This document shows, in pieces, positions 35,761 to 52,410 of a stretch of 64,000 nt of DNA. The stretch lies in the NCBI RefSeq assembly GCF_000315625.1, contig NW_005434576.1, positions 138,033-202,032 of the forward strand, read 5' to 3'. A program made the position numbers and the translations under genes. The stretch is from Guillardia theta CCMP2712. Taxonomy: Eukaryota; Protista; Cryptophyta. Every line of letters begins with the position of its first letter. The first letter of the stretch is position 1. A model generated the notes under the pieces. That model had not been told where the DNA came from, made no database searches, and saw only the letters and a list, made by a program, of their open reading frames with translations.

Positions 35761-38700
35761 TCAAGGAAGCGCTCCCTGCCCGACGATCTTCGCTCCCAGG
35801 CACTGACCGTAGAGGCCGATGCAGGCATAAACATTGGGAGGGAGATCATCGAAGGCCAGCCCCTGCTGCACGATGAGCCAGCGGCAGGAGCAGGAGCCTC
35901 TTGGTTACCTGCTGCCTCCCGTTGATGAGAAAAGAGAGTCTGGGGCCATCGCGGATGACGCGGATCTGGTCGAGGAGGATCAGGAGGAGGGCAGAGGAGG
36001 GTCAGAGAAGAGGATCATGAGCAGGAGAGCGCAGCAGAGGGGAGGGAGGGACACATGCAGGTTAAGATCTGGCCAAGGCAGAAAGCCCAGGAAGGGCAGG
36101 GGAGCGAAGCGGGTGGGAAGGACGTCCGGCTTACTTCATCAGCAGTGTTGAGCTTGCCAAGGCCAAACTTGCGATCTCCAGGCATCTTGAGAGGCGAAGA
36201 GGTCAGATTGAAGACATCATCGATAGCTCAGAGAGCCACCACAGAGTTTGCAAGCTATCATCACCATCACCACCACCATCACCATCACTATCACTATCAC
36301 CACCACCATCACCATCAGCACCATCACCACCACCAGCAGCATCGCAGTAATCATCATCATCATCATGATCCATCTCCGTCGTTGTCATCGTTATCAGCAG
36401 CAGCAGCAGCATCGCAAGAAGGCATGTGGTCATGCTTACAAGCTTGAAACTATGCTCGTTGACCGAGGGTTTTTCGTCGAAAAGAATCCATGTGTCTGCA
36501 TTGGGAAGCCCTGCCAGAACAAATCACTAATGACGATGATGGAGCCAGGAGGAGGAGGAGGAGGAGGAGGAGGAGGATGAAGGAGGAGGAGGAGGACGAA
36601 GGAGGAGGAGGAGGAGGAGGAGGAGGAGGAGGACGAGGACGAGGAGGAGGACGAGGACGAGGACGAGGACGAGGAGGAAGAGGAGAAGGAGGAGGAGGAG
36701 GAGGAGGAGGAGGAGGAGGATGATGAAGGAGGAGGAGGAGGAGGAGGAGGAGGAGGAGGAGGAGGAGGAGGAGGAGGAGGAGGAGGAGGGAAAGTGATGG
36801 CTCGCTCCTCTTGGTGGTTCTAGAGGAAACTTACCAGTAGCAGGCTCTTTGAAAGGATGGTGGGCGGANNNNNNNNNNNNNNNNNNNNNNNNNNNNNNNN
36901 NNNNNNNNNNNNNNNNNNNNNNNNNNNNNNNNNNNNNNNNNNNNNNNNNNNNNNNNNNNNNNNNNNNNAGCCATCACAGTCTCCCAATACATATTGACAT
37001 GTGAACCAACAAAACAATAATAATGATTGCCTTTATAGACTAAACGTTTTCTTTCCTCATTGCTTGACAGCTCACCGTAGGCGCACTGGTCAAATCTATC
37101 ATCACTTTGATTCAAAGGCAGCTTACGTGAGATGTTTGAAGTGAGAGAATGTCGTAGGGTTATAACCACCCCTTACAGATGTTGAGCTCCAGGAGGAGAA
37201 GGTGGAGGAGGAGGAGGAGGAGGAGGAGGAGGAGGAAGGAAAGTGATGCTCGCTCATCTTGTGGTTCTAGAGGAAACTTACCAGTAGCAGTCTCTTTGAA
37301 AGGATGTTGGGCGAAGGAAGTGACTCCAACCTAAAAAAAGGTCAAATGGACGAGGAGGACAGTCAGTTGAGTCAACCTTGAGTCCTCCCTGAAATTCGCC
37401 CCTCTTCTTTGCACGTTTCATGATGCGAATCTCCCACCACCAACGCTGAAGAGGAAATAGTGAGTAAAAGAGAAGAGAGGGGGGGAAGGGGGAGCGAGAG
37501 CGAGGGAACAAGGGGGATGGATAAGGGGAGGTGCGAGGATATTCACGATATGTGACACGGCAGAGGAAGGGAGTTAGCAGAATGAAGACGAGAGCTGCAG
37601 AACATCTTGTGACCTGAGGAACTTGCTCTGTTGAGATTGCAAACGTCTCAAACCCTTCAGTTCTCTTTATCATCGACCCGTTCTTCTCAAATTGCGGCGG
37701 CGAATTGATCTTTGCCTGCGATATTCGTCACCAGCTACTGCTCCTGCTTCTGCTCCTCCTCTTCTTCATACTGTGACTTTCACTGCTGTAGGTGCTGTTC
37801 GGATTGCTACGTTTCTATCACCATGATCTCCATCATCGTCATCTCAACATCTGACATTCATATCTCTATCATTCACATCGTCTGATATTAATATCTCTGT
37901 CATTCACATCGTCTCGATCATCACGTCTATGATAATCATCTACATCTATGACAACATTTTACGCCTCCGTCCTCGTCATGGAATTTCGTCTGTCGTGAGC
38001 TTTACCTCTTCATTCCATCTTATACATGGCCTCCATTTCGCCGTCATGAATCGCAACTTCACCTTCCTGTGCAGTTTTCAGTCGCGCGGGTCACGATAAA
38101 TAATCAAACGACTTGTCGAAATGCGAGAAGAAATGTTCCCTCCAGCCTGCAGGCAAGACGTTCTTGGCAATCTGAGAAAGGGATTATCATAGCAAGAACG
38201 TCTGTTGAGATTTTGATCACCTCCTCACATTCCAGCTTCACCAACAGACGCGATCTGTTCGTCAAGAGTGCGAAGGTGTCAAAAAGAGCGCACACATGAC
38301 AAGACAGGAGATTCCTCCCACACTTCTCACTTTCTCTCTGACTTTTCAATCTTTGCTTGTGATTTTGACATATTGAGCGCCTTCAGCACAGCCTTGACGA
38401 ATAAATTGTCAAACGAAGAAAGAGAGGAAGAGGGGGAGAGGGAATCAGAGATGTAAAGGAGGACACAATGAGCAACGTACCGCTTTCTTCGCTTTTTCGT
38501 CAATGCCAGAGATGCAAAGTGTAGGATAATGCTCAAGAACTTCCGAGGACGATGAAGACGAAGACGAAGAGGAGCCCATACTTCTCTTGGCAATCTTTGA
38601 CAATGTCAATCTCAACCTGGCGCAAGGAACAGTCTTGTACCTGTAGCATGACCTTGTCTCCTTTTATCATCTTTCCGTTCATCGTCATAGCAAAGCTAGC

Positions 38701-39158
38701 TGACTCGTCCTGTTGAAAAGTCTCAACAACTTTGCCACTTGTCAGGCGCTTCTCTCACCCATTCAAACTCCACGATGGCGAAATCATTGATTTTCGGAAC
38801 CCTCTTCTCCACCCTCCTCTTGGATCGGATGATCCTAATGTATCGGATGGGCCCAAAAGGTGAGAAAGTCTTGGCAAGATGCCTTTTCTTCACTCTAACG
38901 GTCATGTTCAAGTCAGCAAGCACGTCAACAGATTCATCTTCGTCTTCTCACTTCTTTGACAGCCCGATGACTAGCAGATCTCCTTTCCGCGTCTGAACCT
39001 CCTCGACCGTCGTCTCGTTGGCTGGGAGAAGCTTTGGAGAGGACGTTGATTTCTGCGTGAAGGCAGTCAGGTGGAGAAGGAACGTGTGACGGTGACAATG
39101 AACTGTTGGGAAGGGAAAGAGGAATTACTATGATAAGAGCGCTGACCGAACGTGCAAC

Positions 39159-39199
<41 letters not shown>

Positions 39200-39266
39200 G
39201 GAGGAGGAGGAGGAGGAGGAGGAGGAGGAGGAGGAGGAGGAGGTGGTGGTGGTGGTGGTGGACGAA

Positions 39267-39301
<35 letters not shown>

Positions 39302-41793
39302 AGCAACATCAACAGCAGCAGGGGCAAGAGCAGGAGCAAGACAAGGCAAAGGAAGAGAGAGAAAGAGGGGGGGGGTTCAAAGAGACAAGAGATGATGGAG
39401 GTTCCAACTTACATCATGAAGTAATGCTCTCGTGTTGTTCAATTTGTTCCATTTGATTGACTTGGTCGGTGCTGAAAGAAATTAGCAAGAGAGAAAATAC
39501 TCACGATCGTGATAACAATCACTAACAGCTCCTCTATCATGATTTCCATCATCAACATCGCAACCACACCAAGTTTAACAATCATAATCTTTTGAAATCA
39601 TTATCTCAATGTCCATGAATACAACAACAATAAACATCATCCTCTACATCTCCATCCTCCTCGTCCTCCTCCTCCTAATCCTCCTCCTCCTCCTCCTCCT
39701 CCTCATCATCATCATCATCATCATCATTTACAACAAAACATCATCATCATCAACAACAACAGCAAGTCATCATCGTCTCACGTAAATTCAACGGACGCCA
39801 TGGCTGGCGAGCTTCTTTGTCAAGGATGGATTCGAAGTAATCTGCTCCAATCCTTCCGGTGAGAGACGGGAGGTCTTCCTCTTGCCACGTCATCTGCGTG
39901 TAAGGTGAGAGGGGAAAGCCGGAAGAATGCGTGAGGGAAGGGCAAAGGCAGGAAGGAAGGGAAGAAGTCAGGAGGAGGAGGGGAGGAGGAGGAGGAGGAG
40001 CGGGGGGAGGGGGATGGTGATGGTGATGGTGATGACGACGACGACGATGATGACGAGGAGGAGGGAGGGGGAGGGGGAAGAGGAGGGGACAGGAAAGTAG
40101 GGAGATCCTGAGGCGTATCTGCAGTCGCACCTTGAGGTATATCCTCCCGTAACTCATCAGGATTCCTTCCCTTCCTCTCTTCTCGGGGCCGTTTTCCATG
40201 CCCCGTAAGACACACTGGAGTTCGCCTTTTTCCCTCTTCTGCCACAAGACGCCCTCTATCGTCTTGTTCTCGAACAGGCGACTGATGCCCTTGGAGTAGG
40301 ATTGATTGACATGCTCTGGGCCCACTGAGTCTTCATCGTAGATAAGTACAGGGGCAACAATGGGGGAGGGAGGGAGCTGAAGACGGCAGAAGCAGCAGGG
40401 TCATCACATCAAGAGCAAGAAGAGGAGCAGGGGTGAGTACAGGTCCAGGAGCTAGAGAAGGAGGAGGATTGAGGAGGAGGAGGATTGAGGAGGAGGAGGA
40501 GGAGGGGGAACGGAATCTCTTTCAAGATAGGATCTCTGCAAGATAAAGCTGACGACAGCAACGGCCTGATGACTCACCGGCAGGGAAAAATCTCAATCTC
40601 ACTGTCACAGGCTTCAGAGTCTTAACGTCCTCGACGTCCCGGCTCGAGATCTCCAACCCAAGGAACAGAGTTGCGCTAGACTGATACATCTGAATCAACC
40701 AGGGCCCGACCAAGAGGTTGGAATGAGACGGGAATCGAAAGATTTCCTGCTTCTCTCCGTCACGACACCTCGGAACCAAAGACACCCTCACCTTGTTCGA
40801 TGATTGTTTGAGCCCTCGAGAAGGCTGTTTGCTAAGTTTCGATGAAGTCAACTTCCGCTCTTTCACCTTCTTCTTCTCTTTCTCCCTGCCCTTCGTATCG
40901 AGTCGTCTCCTCTTTGGCAGCGTCTCCGACCGGCTCTCCTCCTGGATATCGTCGCTCACCTCCACCTCTTGTGTGTGCGAAGCTGAAAAATTCTGATGAT
41001 ATGCATGTCATGGCGATGAAGGTGAGCAAGAGCACGTACAGATTCTCCGCGCACAGATCCTCTTCGGCCAAGCTTCTACAAACAGCATCAGACTTTGTTC
41101 ACTCTTCCCCTTCCCCCTCACCGGCGGGCAGGCGGGTCCAATCATAACCTCCTCCTCCTTCTCCTCCTCCTCCTCCTTCACTTCCTCTCTGCCATCTCGG
41201 ATCGACAGGTCACTCGATGTGTCCGACATGTCCCAGTCGTCCTCCTGAGACCTCACTACCTTTACTCCGCTCTCTGTCACGAGCTTCTGATCCTTCCACA
41301 CCACCCTCTGCCTCGACCCTCGCTGGCCCTTCACTGTTGCCACCTTCCCGTCCCTCACTCGTTGCAGGACGTGGTCATACGCTCGCTGCGACAGAACGAT
41401 CGATCTAGCTCGCGTGCTTGTTTCTTGTTTCACATCCCTTGCGCTTGTCTCATGCTCAGAACCTTCTCGGCTCTTCAGCGGTATACGACTCCTTGGGGTC
41501 TTGGACTTGCGAGCGGAGAGCAGGGAGGGAGAGACGTCCTTCATCTCGGGGGAGTGTCCCTGCAACCTCCTGCTCCTCTTCACTGTTGGTGTCTTGGGTG
41601 AGTCTATCCCTCCTCGAAGCCTCAGGCTGCATCGCAGCATGGGGTGCGCTGCTTTCAAAGGGTTGTTGCCGCATGCGTGCGGGGCGACAACCAGATCACT
41701 GTTGACCCCTGATCGTGTGAGAACCAAGAAGTTCGTGTGAACAAGGAAGAAGAGGAAGAGTCTTAGCAGACAAGATCTCTCTCGTGCAGGCAT
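35761..41793 (-). CDS. Multi-exon protein: signal peptide + presequence ending LRLRGG, basic/disordered region, RRM, C-terminal Neuralized(NHR)/SPRY-like domain (may be two genes)
   Basis: MPARERSCLLRLFLFFLVHTNFLVLTRS...SLRLRGG. RRM at about 38650-38930 (LADLNMTVRVKKRHLAKTFSPFGPIRYIRII...FAIVEFE...MNGKMIKG). NHR/SPRY-like segments WWEIRIMKR...FQGGLK|VGVTS and QQGLAFDDLPPNVYACIGLYGQCLGAKIV. Stop 35761-35763. Confidence 0.55.
36869..36968. other. Assembly gap (100 N)
   Basis: Run of N. Confidence 1.
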
Positions 41794-42186
41794 GCTCTCT
41801 CCAGCTCCAGCCCATGCACACACACCAACAACCTGTCTCAACTGCAAACCGGCTGTTTCAATCTCGGATCATGAAGAAGTCTCCGTGCTGATCGGTGAAG
41901 GTGTGGAGGGCTCAGGTCTCTGCAAGGTCTTCCACTATCTGCCTCTCATCCCTCCTCCTCCTCCTCTCCGCCCCTTCGACTCCATGCCCCCTCCCGCCTC
42001 TTTCTCGCCGCCGGCATCGAGGTATCCGGCCGCATCTCCTTTTTTATGTGTAAAAGGGTTTTCTTGAAAATTACAGCCGGGTCAAACAGCTAGCAAGATC
42101 CGGCCGGCGTCAAATGGTGGAAGTTGGAAGGGATGGAGGAGGAGGAGGAGGAGGAGGAGAGAAGAGAGACAGAAGAGAAGACTGGC

Positions 42187-45447
<3,261 letters not shown>

Positions 45448-45546
45448 GGGAGTACAGCAGAGGAGGAAGGGATAGAGGAGGAGGAGGAGGAGGAGGAGGA
45501 GAGGGAGGAGGAGCCTACTGATAAAAAAATCGTCTAGATTACAATG

Positions 45547-45954
45547 TTATGAGCATGGGATTACACAGACTTCTTGTCCTGCTGGCAGTGAGAAGTTGGA
45601 GGTGTCGAGGTCCGGGTTGAGCTGCAGCAGGCTGACGAGATTCGTGTCTGCGATGATGCAGATCAGGGGAGGAGAGGGGGAGAGAGAGGGGGAGAGGGGA
45701 GGAGAAGAGGAGGGAGAGGAGAACAGAGCAGAGGGGAGACGGGAGAGGGGCTGGGAGGAGAGGGCAATGGCAAGGGAGGACAGGAAAGGGGGAGGGAGGG
45801 GGACGGGAAGAGCGGGGAGGAGGATTGGGAGTGAAGGGAGTGCGCGAAAAAACGGGCAGAGGTGGGGCGGGCGATGAGAAAGAGAGCAGAAGAGGAGGGG
45901 AGGGGGGGACGGAAGGAGGGTGACGAAGACAAGAGGGAGGAGGAGGAGGACGGC

Positions 45955-45992
<38 letters not shown>

Positions 45993-47395
45993 AGAGATTA
46001 CGGAAGCGGGAGGACACGTCAAGCAAGGTTTCTCCCTTCTTGGTCCGGTAGATCATTCCCACGTTGAGGACAGTCGAGTTGCCGTCAGTCGCAACAAAGA
46101 AGGGATCTTCGATGGTCTGAGAGCAGGCGGGTGAGAGAGGAGGAGACGAGTGAGAGAAGTTAGAGGAGGAGGAGTGAAGTCAGAGGAGGAGGAAGAGGTA
46201 GGCGCAAGGGGGATGGGAAGGGTGAGAAGAAGTGAAGGGAGATGAAGGGGAGGAATTGGAGCAAGACGAGGAGGGTAGAAAGAGGATGGAGGAGGAGGAT
46301 TGAGGAGGAACGAGAGAGGTCGGCGGGTGGGGGGATGGTGGGGAGGGAAACAGACAGACTGAGAGAGACTGAGAGAGGAAGAGGAGGAGGAGGAGGAGGA
46401 GGAGGAGGAGAGCATTGAAAAGTTCCTACCGGCGTTCGCGGGTCTCCATCCTCGTTGCCGTTCACCGCCCACAGGCGAAGCCAATTCATGCCGGGAAGAA
46501 AGAAGCGCATCTGATGAGATGAGTGAGATGAGGAGGGGAGCAGGAGGGGAGCAGGAGAGGAGCAGGAGGAAGGTACGGAGAGAAGGGAGGAGGAGGAGGA
46601 GGAAAGAAAGACTGAGAGCAGAGGAGGGAGGAGGAGGGAGAAGGGGAAAGAGGAAGTGGGAGGGACGATGGGGGAAGAGGAGGAGCGGAAGGGGTGGAGG
46701 AAGCAGCGTGACGGAGACCTGAGACAGGAGAGTCTCCCCTGTAGCAATGCAGTACTTGCAGCGCTGAACGTGAATAACGAGGCATCGTTCTCCTCCTCCT
46801 CCTCCTCCTGCGTAGATCGTCTGAGGGTCCCCAAAGGCTCCTCCACCGAATCCTCGTGCTCTGAGGACCATACACATCCTCGTCACCGAGCCCTCGGTCC
46901 CTATAGGAGGGCTCCACTGAAGGACAGTCTGGGTAGCAGTGCTGAGGAGGGAGGAGGAGGAGAGCAGAGTCATGCCGTCCAGGAGGGGAGTGGAGGAGCT
47001 GGGGAGGATCTCGACGAGGTAGTGATCGGAGGAAGCGAAGAAGTAGTAGCGCTCCTGGCAGCCGACATGCGCCGCCACGACTGTGCCCTGGGAGGAAGCG
47101 ATCGTTTCGTTGGACCAGGAGACGATCGCTGGTTGGACTTCGACCTTGACACAGTGCGGGAGGCCGTAGAAGCCGCGGGAAGTCGCGAGGCGGCTCGGGG
47201 AGGAGAGGAGGTGAGGGAACGTTTGGAGGCAGATGGAGGAAGAGTCCTTGGCGAGGAAGCAGAACCTGAGAAAGGGGGTCAAAGGATGATGGGAGTGCAG
47301 GGAGGGAGGGAGGGAAGGAGGGAGGGAGGGAGGGAGGGAGGGGGAGCAGCAGCAGCAGCAGGACGGCAAAGAAAGAATTTTAGTAGCAGTAGGAT

Positions 47396-47452
<57 letters not shown>

Positions 47453-50400
47453 CAGTGGTACCTGTACACCCTTCCGTCCTCTCCTCCCATGGGCGTCCAC
47501 CTCAGCTGCCTGACCGCCTCCACACACGACCCGGGACCCCCCGAGACGTTCTGACCCGAGGGGGTGGTTATGCTAACACAGGAGCTGGGGGTGAGCTGGG
47601 AGGCAGTTGGAAGGCCGGGATCCTCTAGAGTGACAATCTCGACGTCGTCTCCAGAGTTTGGATCCCTTGCTCGCATGCTGAACGCGACCTGCCTTCCTAC
47701 GTAGGCTGAGAAGAGGCTGGTGCCGTTGCCCATCATGTTCAGATCTTGAGCAGGGAAGGGAGAGTCGAGGAGGTTGGAAGAGTGGCGGAGGAAGACGGGG
47801 GGGCCTTGGAAGTTGATGGAGTGACAGCGGAGGGAAGTGTTGTTGAGGCCCCTGCCTCGGTAGACTGCCTGTGAGGAGCGAGTGAGGTGAGGAGGAGGAG
47901 GAGGAGGAGGAGGAGGAGGAGGAGGAGGAGGACGAGGAGGAGAGTGACAAGGGGGGGAGGAGAGGAAGTGTGGAAGTGAGATGAGCAGGAAGGAAGGTTC
48001 GAGTGACAAAAAAGGAAGAGGAGAATAGAGGGAGAATGAAGAAAACGTGAAAGGCATCGGGGGGAGCGGAGGGGAAAGGAAGGAAAGGGAGGGAGGAGGG
48101 AGAGGGAGAGTAGAGGGGAGGGAGGGAGAGAGGGGGGAGGAGGTAGGACGGGTGGTAGGGCAGTTGAACTTGTCTCGTTGACCTGGTTGTCTGTGGCGAG
48201 CAGGCAAGCGACGCGAGGAGAGATGAACTGACTGTAGAAATATTCGCCAGGAAGTCCTTCAGACACCTGAAACGAGGAAGAGAAAGAAGAGAAGGTGAAG
48301 GAGAAGGAGAAGGAGAGGGAGAGGGAGAAGACGCAAAGCAGAAAGTTACAGGATTATGTTGACAGAAAAAAGAAAACATGGAGGACAGGACGAGAAGAGA
48401 GGAGAAAGAGGAGGAGAGAGGTAGACCAGAGGAAGTGTAGGGAGGAGGAGGAGGAGGATCATGATATTGATGAAGAGGACAAGGAGGACGAGGACGAGGA
48501 CGAGGGTACAACAAAACATCTCACCTGCGAGTACGTCTCGGTAACAACAGGCGACTCTCCTCCTCCTCTCCTCCCATACTTTACGCTCACGTTCAGATAG
48601 ACAAGGGCCGTCCTACAGGTCTCATCGTAGACGTGCAGGAGGCTGGACGGGCGCCGATCGCAGGAGGAGGAGGGGTGGTGAGTGTAGAGGGAGATGGAGT
48701 GGACAGAGTCGTCGAGGAAGTAGACGTTGGAACGGTTCGTGTCGTTGAGCACCTGCAGCTCCACTGTCTCCCCTCGATCGTCGTCGAAGGCCTCAAATTG
48801 GAACTCTGCTGCAGCGGCTGCTCCGTACTGGGATGTGTTAGAGAGCAGGAAAGAGAAGGAAGGGAAAGGGAAAGGGAAAGGGAAAGGGAAAGGAAGAGAA
48901 GAAGGAGATAGAAGGGACAGGGAAGGATCGAGAGGAGGGAGAGGGAGGGAGACAACGGAGGGAGACAACGGAGGAGGAAGGAAGAGGAGTGATGGAGGGG
49001 ATAGAGAAGAGCGATTGGTAAGGGGAAGACAGGGTCAGAAGACTGGTGTGATGCAGAAAAGGAGAGCGCGAATAGATCAACTGGAGGAAGAAGCAACGCG
49101 AAGGAGAGAGGGAGGGCTAGGAGCAGCAGCTAGTTGAGGAGGACCAACCAGGGACGAGTTCCCGTCATCGTTCCCGAGGGAGGACGAGGACAGCAGGACT
49201 GTCTTCTCCTCTTTCCAACAGGCTTGAAGCTCCGTGCACGTCGATCGCAACGTCGAGACATCGGGGACTCCCTGCAGCACGTTGTCGAGGGTCTGAAAAG
49301 TCTTGAAGAAGCATCCTGAAGCATCCTCTGACAATCTCGTCAGTCCACTCCGGCCCCTGCTCCTGCCCCTGCTCCTGCCCCTGCTCCTGCCCCTGCTCCT
49401 GTTCCCCTACTGACTGCGCTCCTTTCTCAACCACTGTCGTACACACAGCCTCTACCCATCTTCAAGCTGCCCTCCTCCCTACATCCTTCTTCCCCCTCTC
49501 CTCCTTCTCCTTCCCTCATTCTTCTTCGGCCTCTCTCTCTCCTTCTTCTCTTCCTTCATTTCCTCCTTCTTCTGTCCATTCTCTCCTTCCTGCCTCTCCT
49601 CTTGCCTCCCCCCCTCCTCCCCATCACCTGGGATGGTGAACCGAGGGAAGTGACCGACTATCTCCACCACCACACAGTGAGGGAGGCTGTAGCAGCTCGA
49701 TCGGCAGGTCGAGCAGCGGGCCTGGAAGCACAACGAGAGTTTCCTCCCGATGTCAAACTCTGACGGCCCGGCCATGGATGTCCGCTGCCCGAACACTGAC
49801 ACGGTCAGGGCCTTCACCCCTGCCGCCACCGTCGACTCGTTGAAGGAGTGACACTTGAGGTCGAAGGAGGAGCCTGTTGTCTTGCGAAAACAACCTTGAA
49901 CGGACGCGTGCTCCAGGTCGTACTCGATGTTGCCGTCCGTGTTGATCTTCTGGTCACATCGGCTGGTAGCGACGGTCGAGCTCCACAGGCAGGGGAAGGA
50001 GGTATCGCTTACGGTGAACGGGACGGCCGTGACGACGAAGGAGCAAGGCTCGTTTGCTACACAGGTCACCTTCTTGACAGGAGGAGAGAGGCGGGAGTTG
50101 TTGTAGCTCACAAACACTGGAGCCAGCACTTTGGTGCTGGTGGCGGTTGAGACTGAGATCCCCTGACTGTCGAGCGTGTAGGGGACGATGGAGGGACAGA
50201 GAGAGATCATGAACTCGATGGGCACAGAGACGTTGAAGGGATCCGACACCAAAAATCTCACCGGATAGAAAACCATCATGTTCGGAGTCCTGACGTTAGT
50301 TGTCACCAACATCACCCCCCTGACCTCCACGTTGATGCCTCCCCCGTCACCGTCGTCCCGCGAAGAGAGCTTCCACTCTGACAGGGTATCGCTAGCCGTC

Positions 50401-51476
50401 AAGGTCGTTGTTGAGTCGCGCAAGGCGTCCGAGTGAAGGGTAAGGATGTAATCAGCGTTCCAGCCAGGTGGATAGCTTGTGGCCGTACAGGCCGGGCAGG
50501 ACCCTGTCCCACGGGTGCCCGTGGGACAGGGGGGGCAGCCTTTCATGTCCCATTTCATCTGGACATTGTTGCACGGGCTGGTGGAAGAGCAAGTCAGAGG
50601 CCTTCCTCTGCCATCGACATCGACAGCAGGGACTTCAATCGTGGTTGTCGAATTTTGGTTGACGAGGATCGGGATCGTGACGATGGGGAGCATGGTAATA
50701 GCAGGAGAGTGATGATTCGTGACCGGATACAACTGATACGTCTTCTCGAAGGTTTGCTCCCAGGGATTCAAGCATCCTCCAGTCGACGGCAGGGTACCGG
50801 TGGGGGAACAAGAAGAGCAGGTGCTGTTGGGCGAAGAGCAGAAGTCAGCAAAAATGACGAGAGAGCTGAGGTAGATGTCTGAAGCTGCGAAGTTGTCAAG
50901 ACAAAATTTACAAGTGAGTTCACTGGAGCCAAGGTCGGGAGCCAAACACGCGTAATCCATATAGTAACCGGTCTGCGTGCATTGAGCATACCGCTTCAAA
51001 CCATTGCCCTCAAACGACACGGTAGAGTTCCAGGAAGCGCCAGAATGTTGGACGACCTTCTGATAGATCGTGTAGACGAGGACAGCGTTGCCGTACGACC
51101 TGACCGACAGGATTTTGAACTGCATGTTTTCACATTTCTTCGGCTGAGTTCCGTCCATCCAACAGAACTGTGCTGCTTGATTCGTCTGCGCCAGGCTTCC
51201 AGGGCTAGGAGTGGAGGAGAACGCTGATACGTTGAAGACGGCTTCTACAGTGTGCAACAGCCGTCTATGGTTGTATGTCGAGCATCCCCCACTCGGTCCC
51301 AACTGGATGTCCATGCATGAAGGTGGCACGAGCTCTTGCGGAGTAGCCCCCACCCTCTCCCAGCGCATCGTCGCTGACAACATCCTTCCACGAGCCGCAT
51401 GGCAAGCGAGCAAGAGGAGGAGAGCGCGGGCAAGAGCAGACGCTCTCTCCATCCTCCTCTCGACGCGTCTCACCAT
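45547..51476 (-). CDS. Gene C: large secreted Cys-rich protein with C-terminal LysM domains
   Basis: Signal peptide ASALARALLLLLACHAARG and a ~620-aa first exon. C-terminal KYCIATGETLLSQ...NWLRLWAVN and YRTKKGETLLDVSSRF|DTNLVSLLQLNPDLDTSNFSLPAGQEVCVIPCS*. Shares the 'W.P..G.eG....C' pre-LysM module with genes A and B. Confidence 0.75.
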
Positions 51477-51569
51477 CGCCGAGCCCTCGCCATCTACAAC
51501 GTCTGAAAACAAAAAAGTCAAAACTGTGAGAGCTCACCACGCATTCCGAGTCCGCCTCAGGTGTGAATC

Positions 51570-51900
51570 ATTCAGCCCGGCCCGCCGGCTGTGAGGACTG
51601 ACTGACCAGGGCGGGCCGTCGCCGGGGCTCTGAGCCCCGTCGGACCGGCGGCGATGAACCGGGGGGAGAGCCATTGCGCAGCAACGGGGAGCGGCGCGGG
51701 CGGCCGGGCAGCGCAAGACTCGCTCAGTCGGACACGAACTTTGCCATCTCGGAGGGTCTCGGAGGCATCCTGCCAGGCTGACGCGGCCGGGACGCGGCCG
51801 GGCATGGCCCGGCCGCCGCCATCAGCCGCCCGGCGGCTGACTCGCGCCCGGCCGGGCCCCCCGGGCGGCTGTCGGATCGCACTGCCGGGGCCGCCGTTGG
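51570..51900. promoter_or_regulatory. GC/CCGG-rich island upstream of gene C
   Basis: Dense CCGG/GGCC and TGACT words directly 5' of the ATG at 51476. Confidence 0.4.
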
Positions 51901-52410
51901 TACAACCGTTATGAGACTTTGCTGGATGGTAACGGACAGGTGAAGTGCTCAGAGTTGTGGCTATGAGAGGCGATTCTTTTTTCCGATGCCACGTATCAGC
52001 CCTAAGGGCTGACATCGAAAAGATCACTTTTCATCAGATGAAAAGAATCGACGGTTCGAGTTGGGCCGCATCTCGGACCCCCACCCCTCTCATACGTTAG
52101 CCCAATAATAACCCCGCCACCCCCACCACCCCCACCCTGACCACCCACCCTTTAAGGAAGTCACGGAGCTCCCCAACTAATAAATCTAGTGAGTCCCGCA
52201 TCCCCCGCAATCCTTCCATCCCCGTTCGTGGCGAAGACGACAAGATGATGGTAGGCGAGGGTGCTGAGGACGAGACAGAGTGGGGGAGCGAAGATATGAG
52301 CAGTGCAGGAGGTGTTGATAGCATGCAGACTATCAACAATCTTTCCGTCTCCATGGTTTTGAGAACAGCCCTTTTTCACCAATGACAGTACGCTGAGAGA
52401 TAGATAGAGC

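Noticed and set aside
36248-36790. Poly-His/Gly/Ile/Met ORFs here and at 39100-39350, 43700-44000, 61560-62170 and 63030-63230
   Set aside because: These are translations of intronic tri- and pentanucleotide microsatellites.
36790-37316. Duplicated ~78-bp exon/intron boundary (36790-36868 vs 37238-37316) as a mutually exclusive exon
   Set aside because: The first copy ends at an N gap and has scattered indels, so it is likely a contig-overlap artefact.
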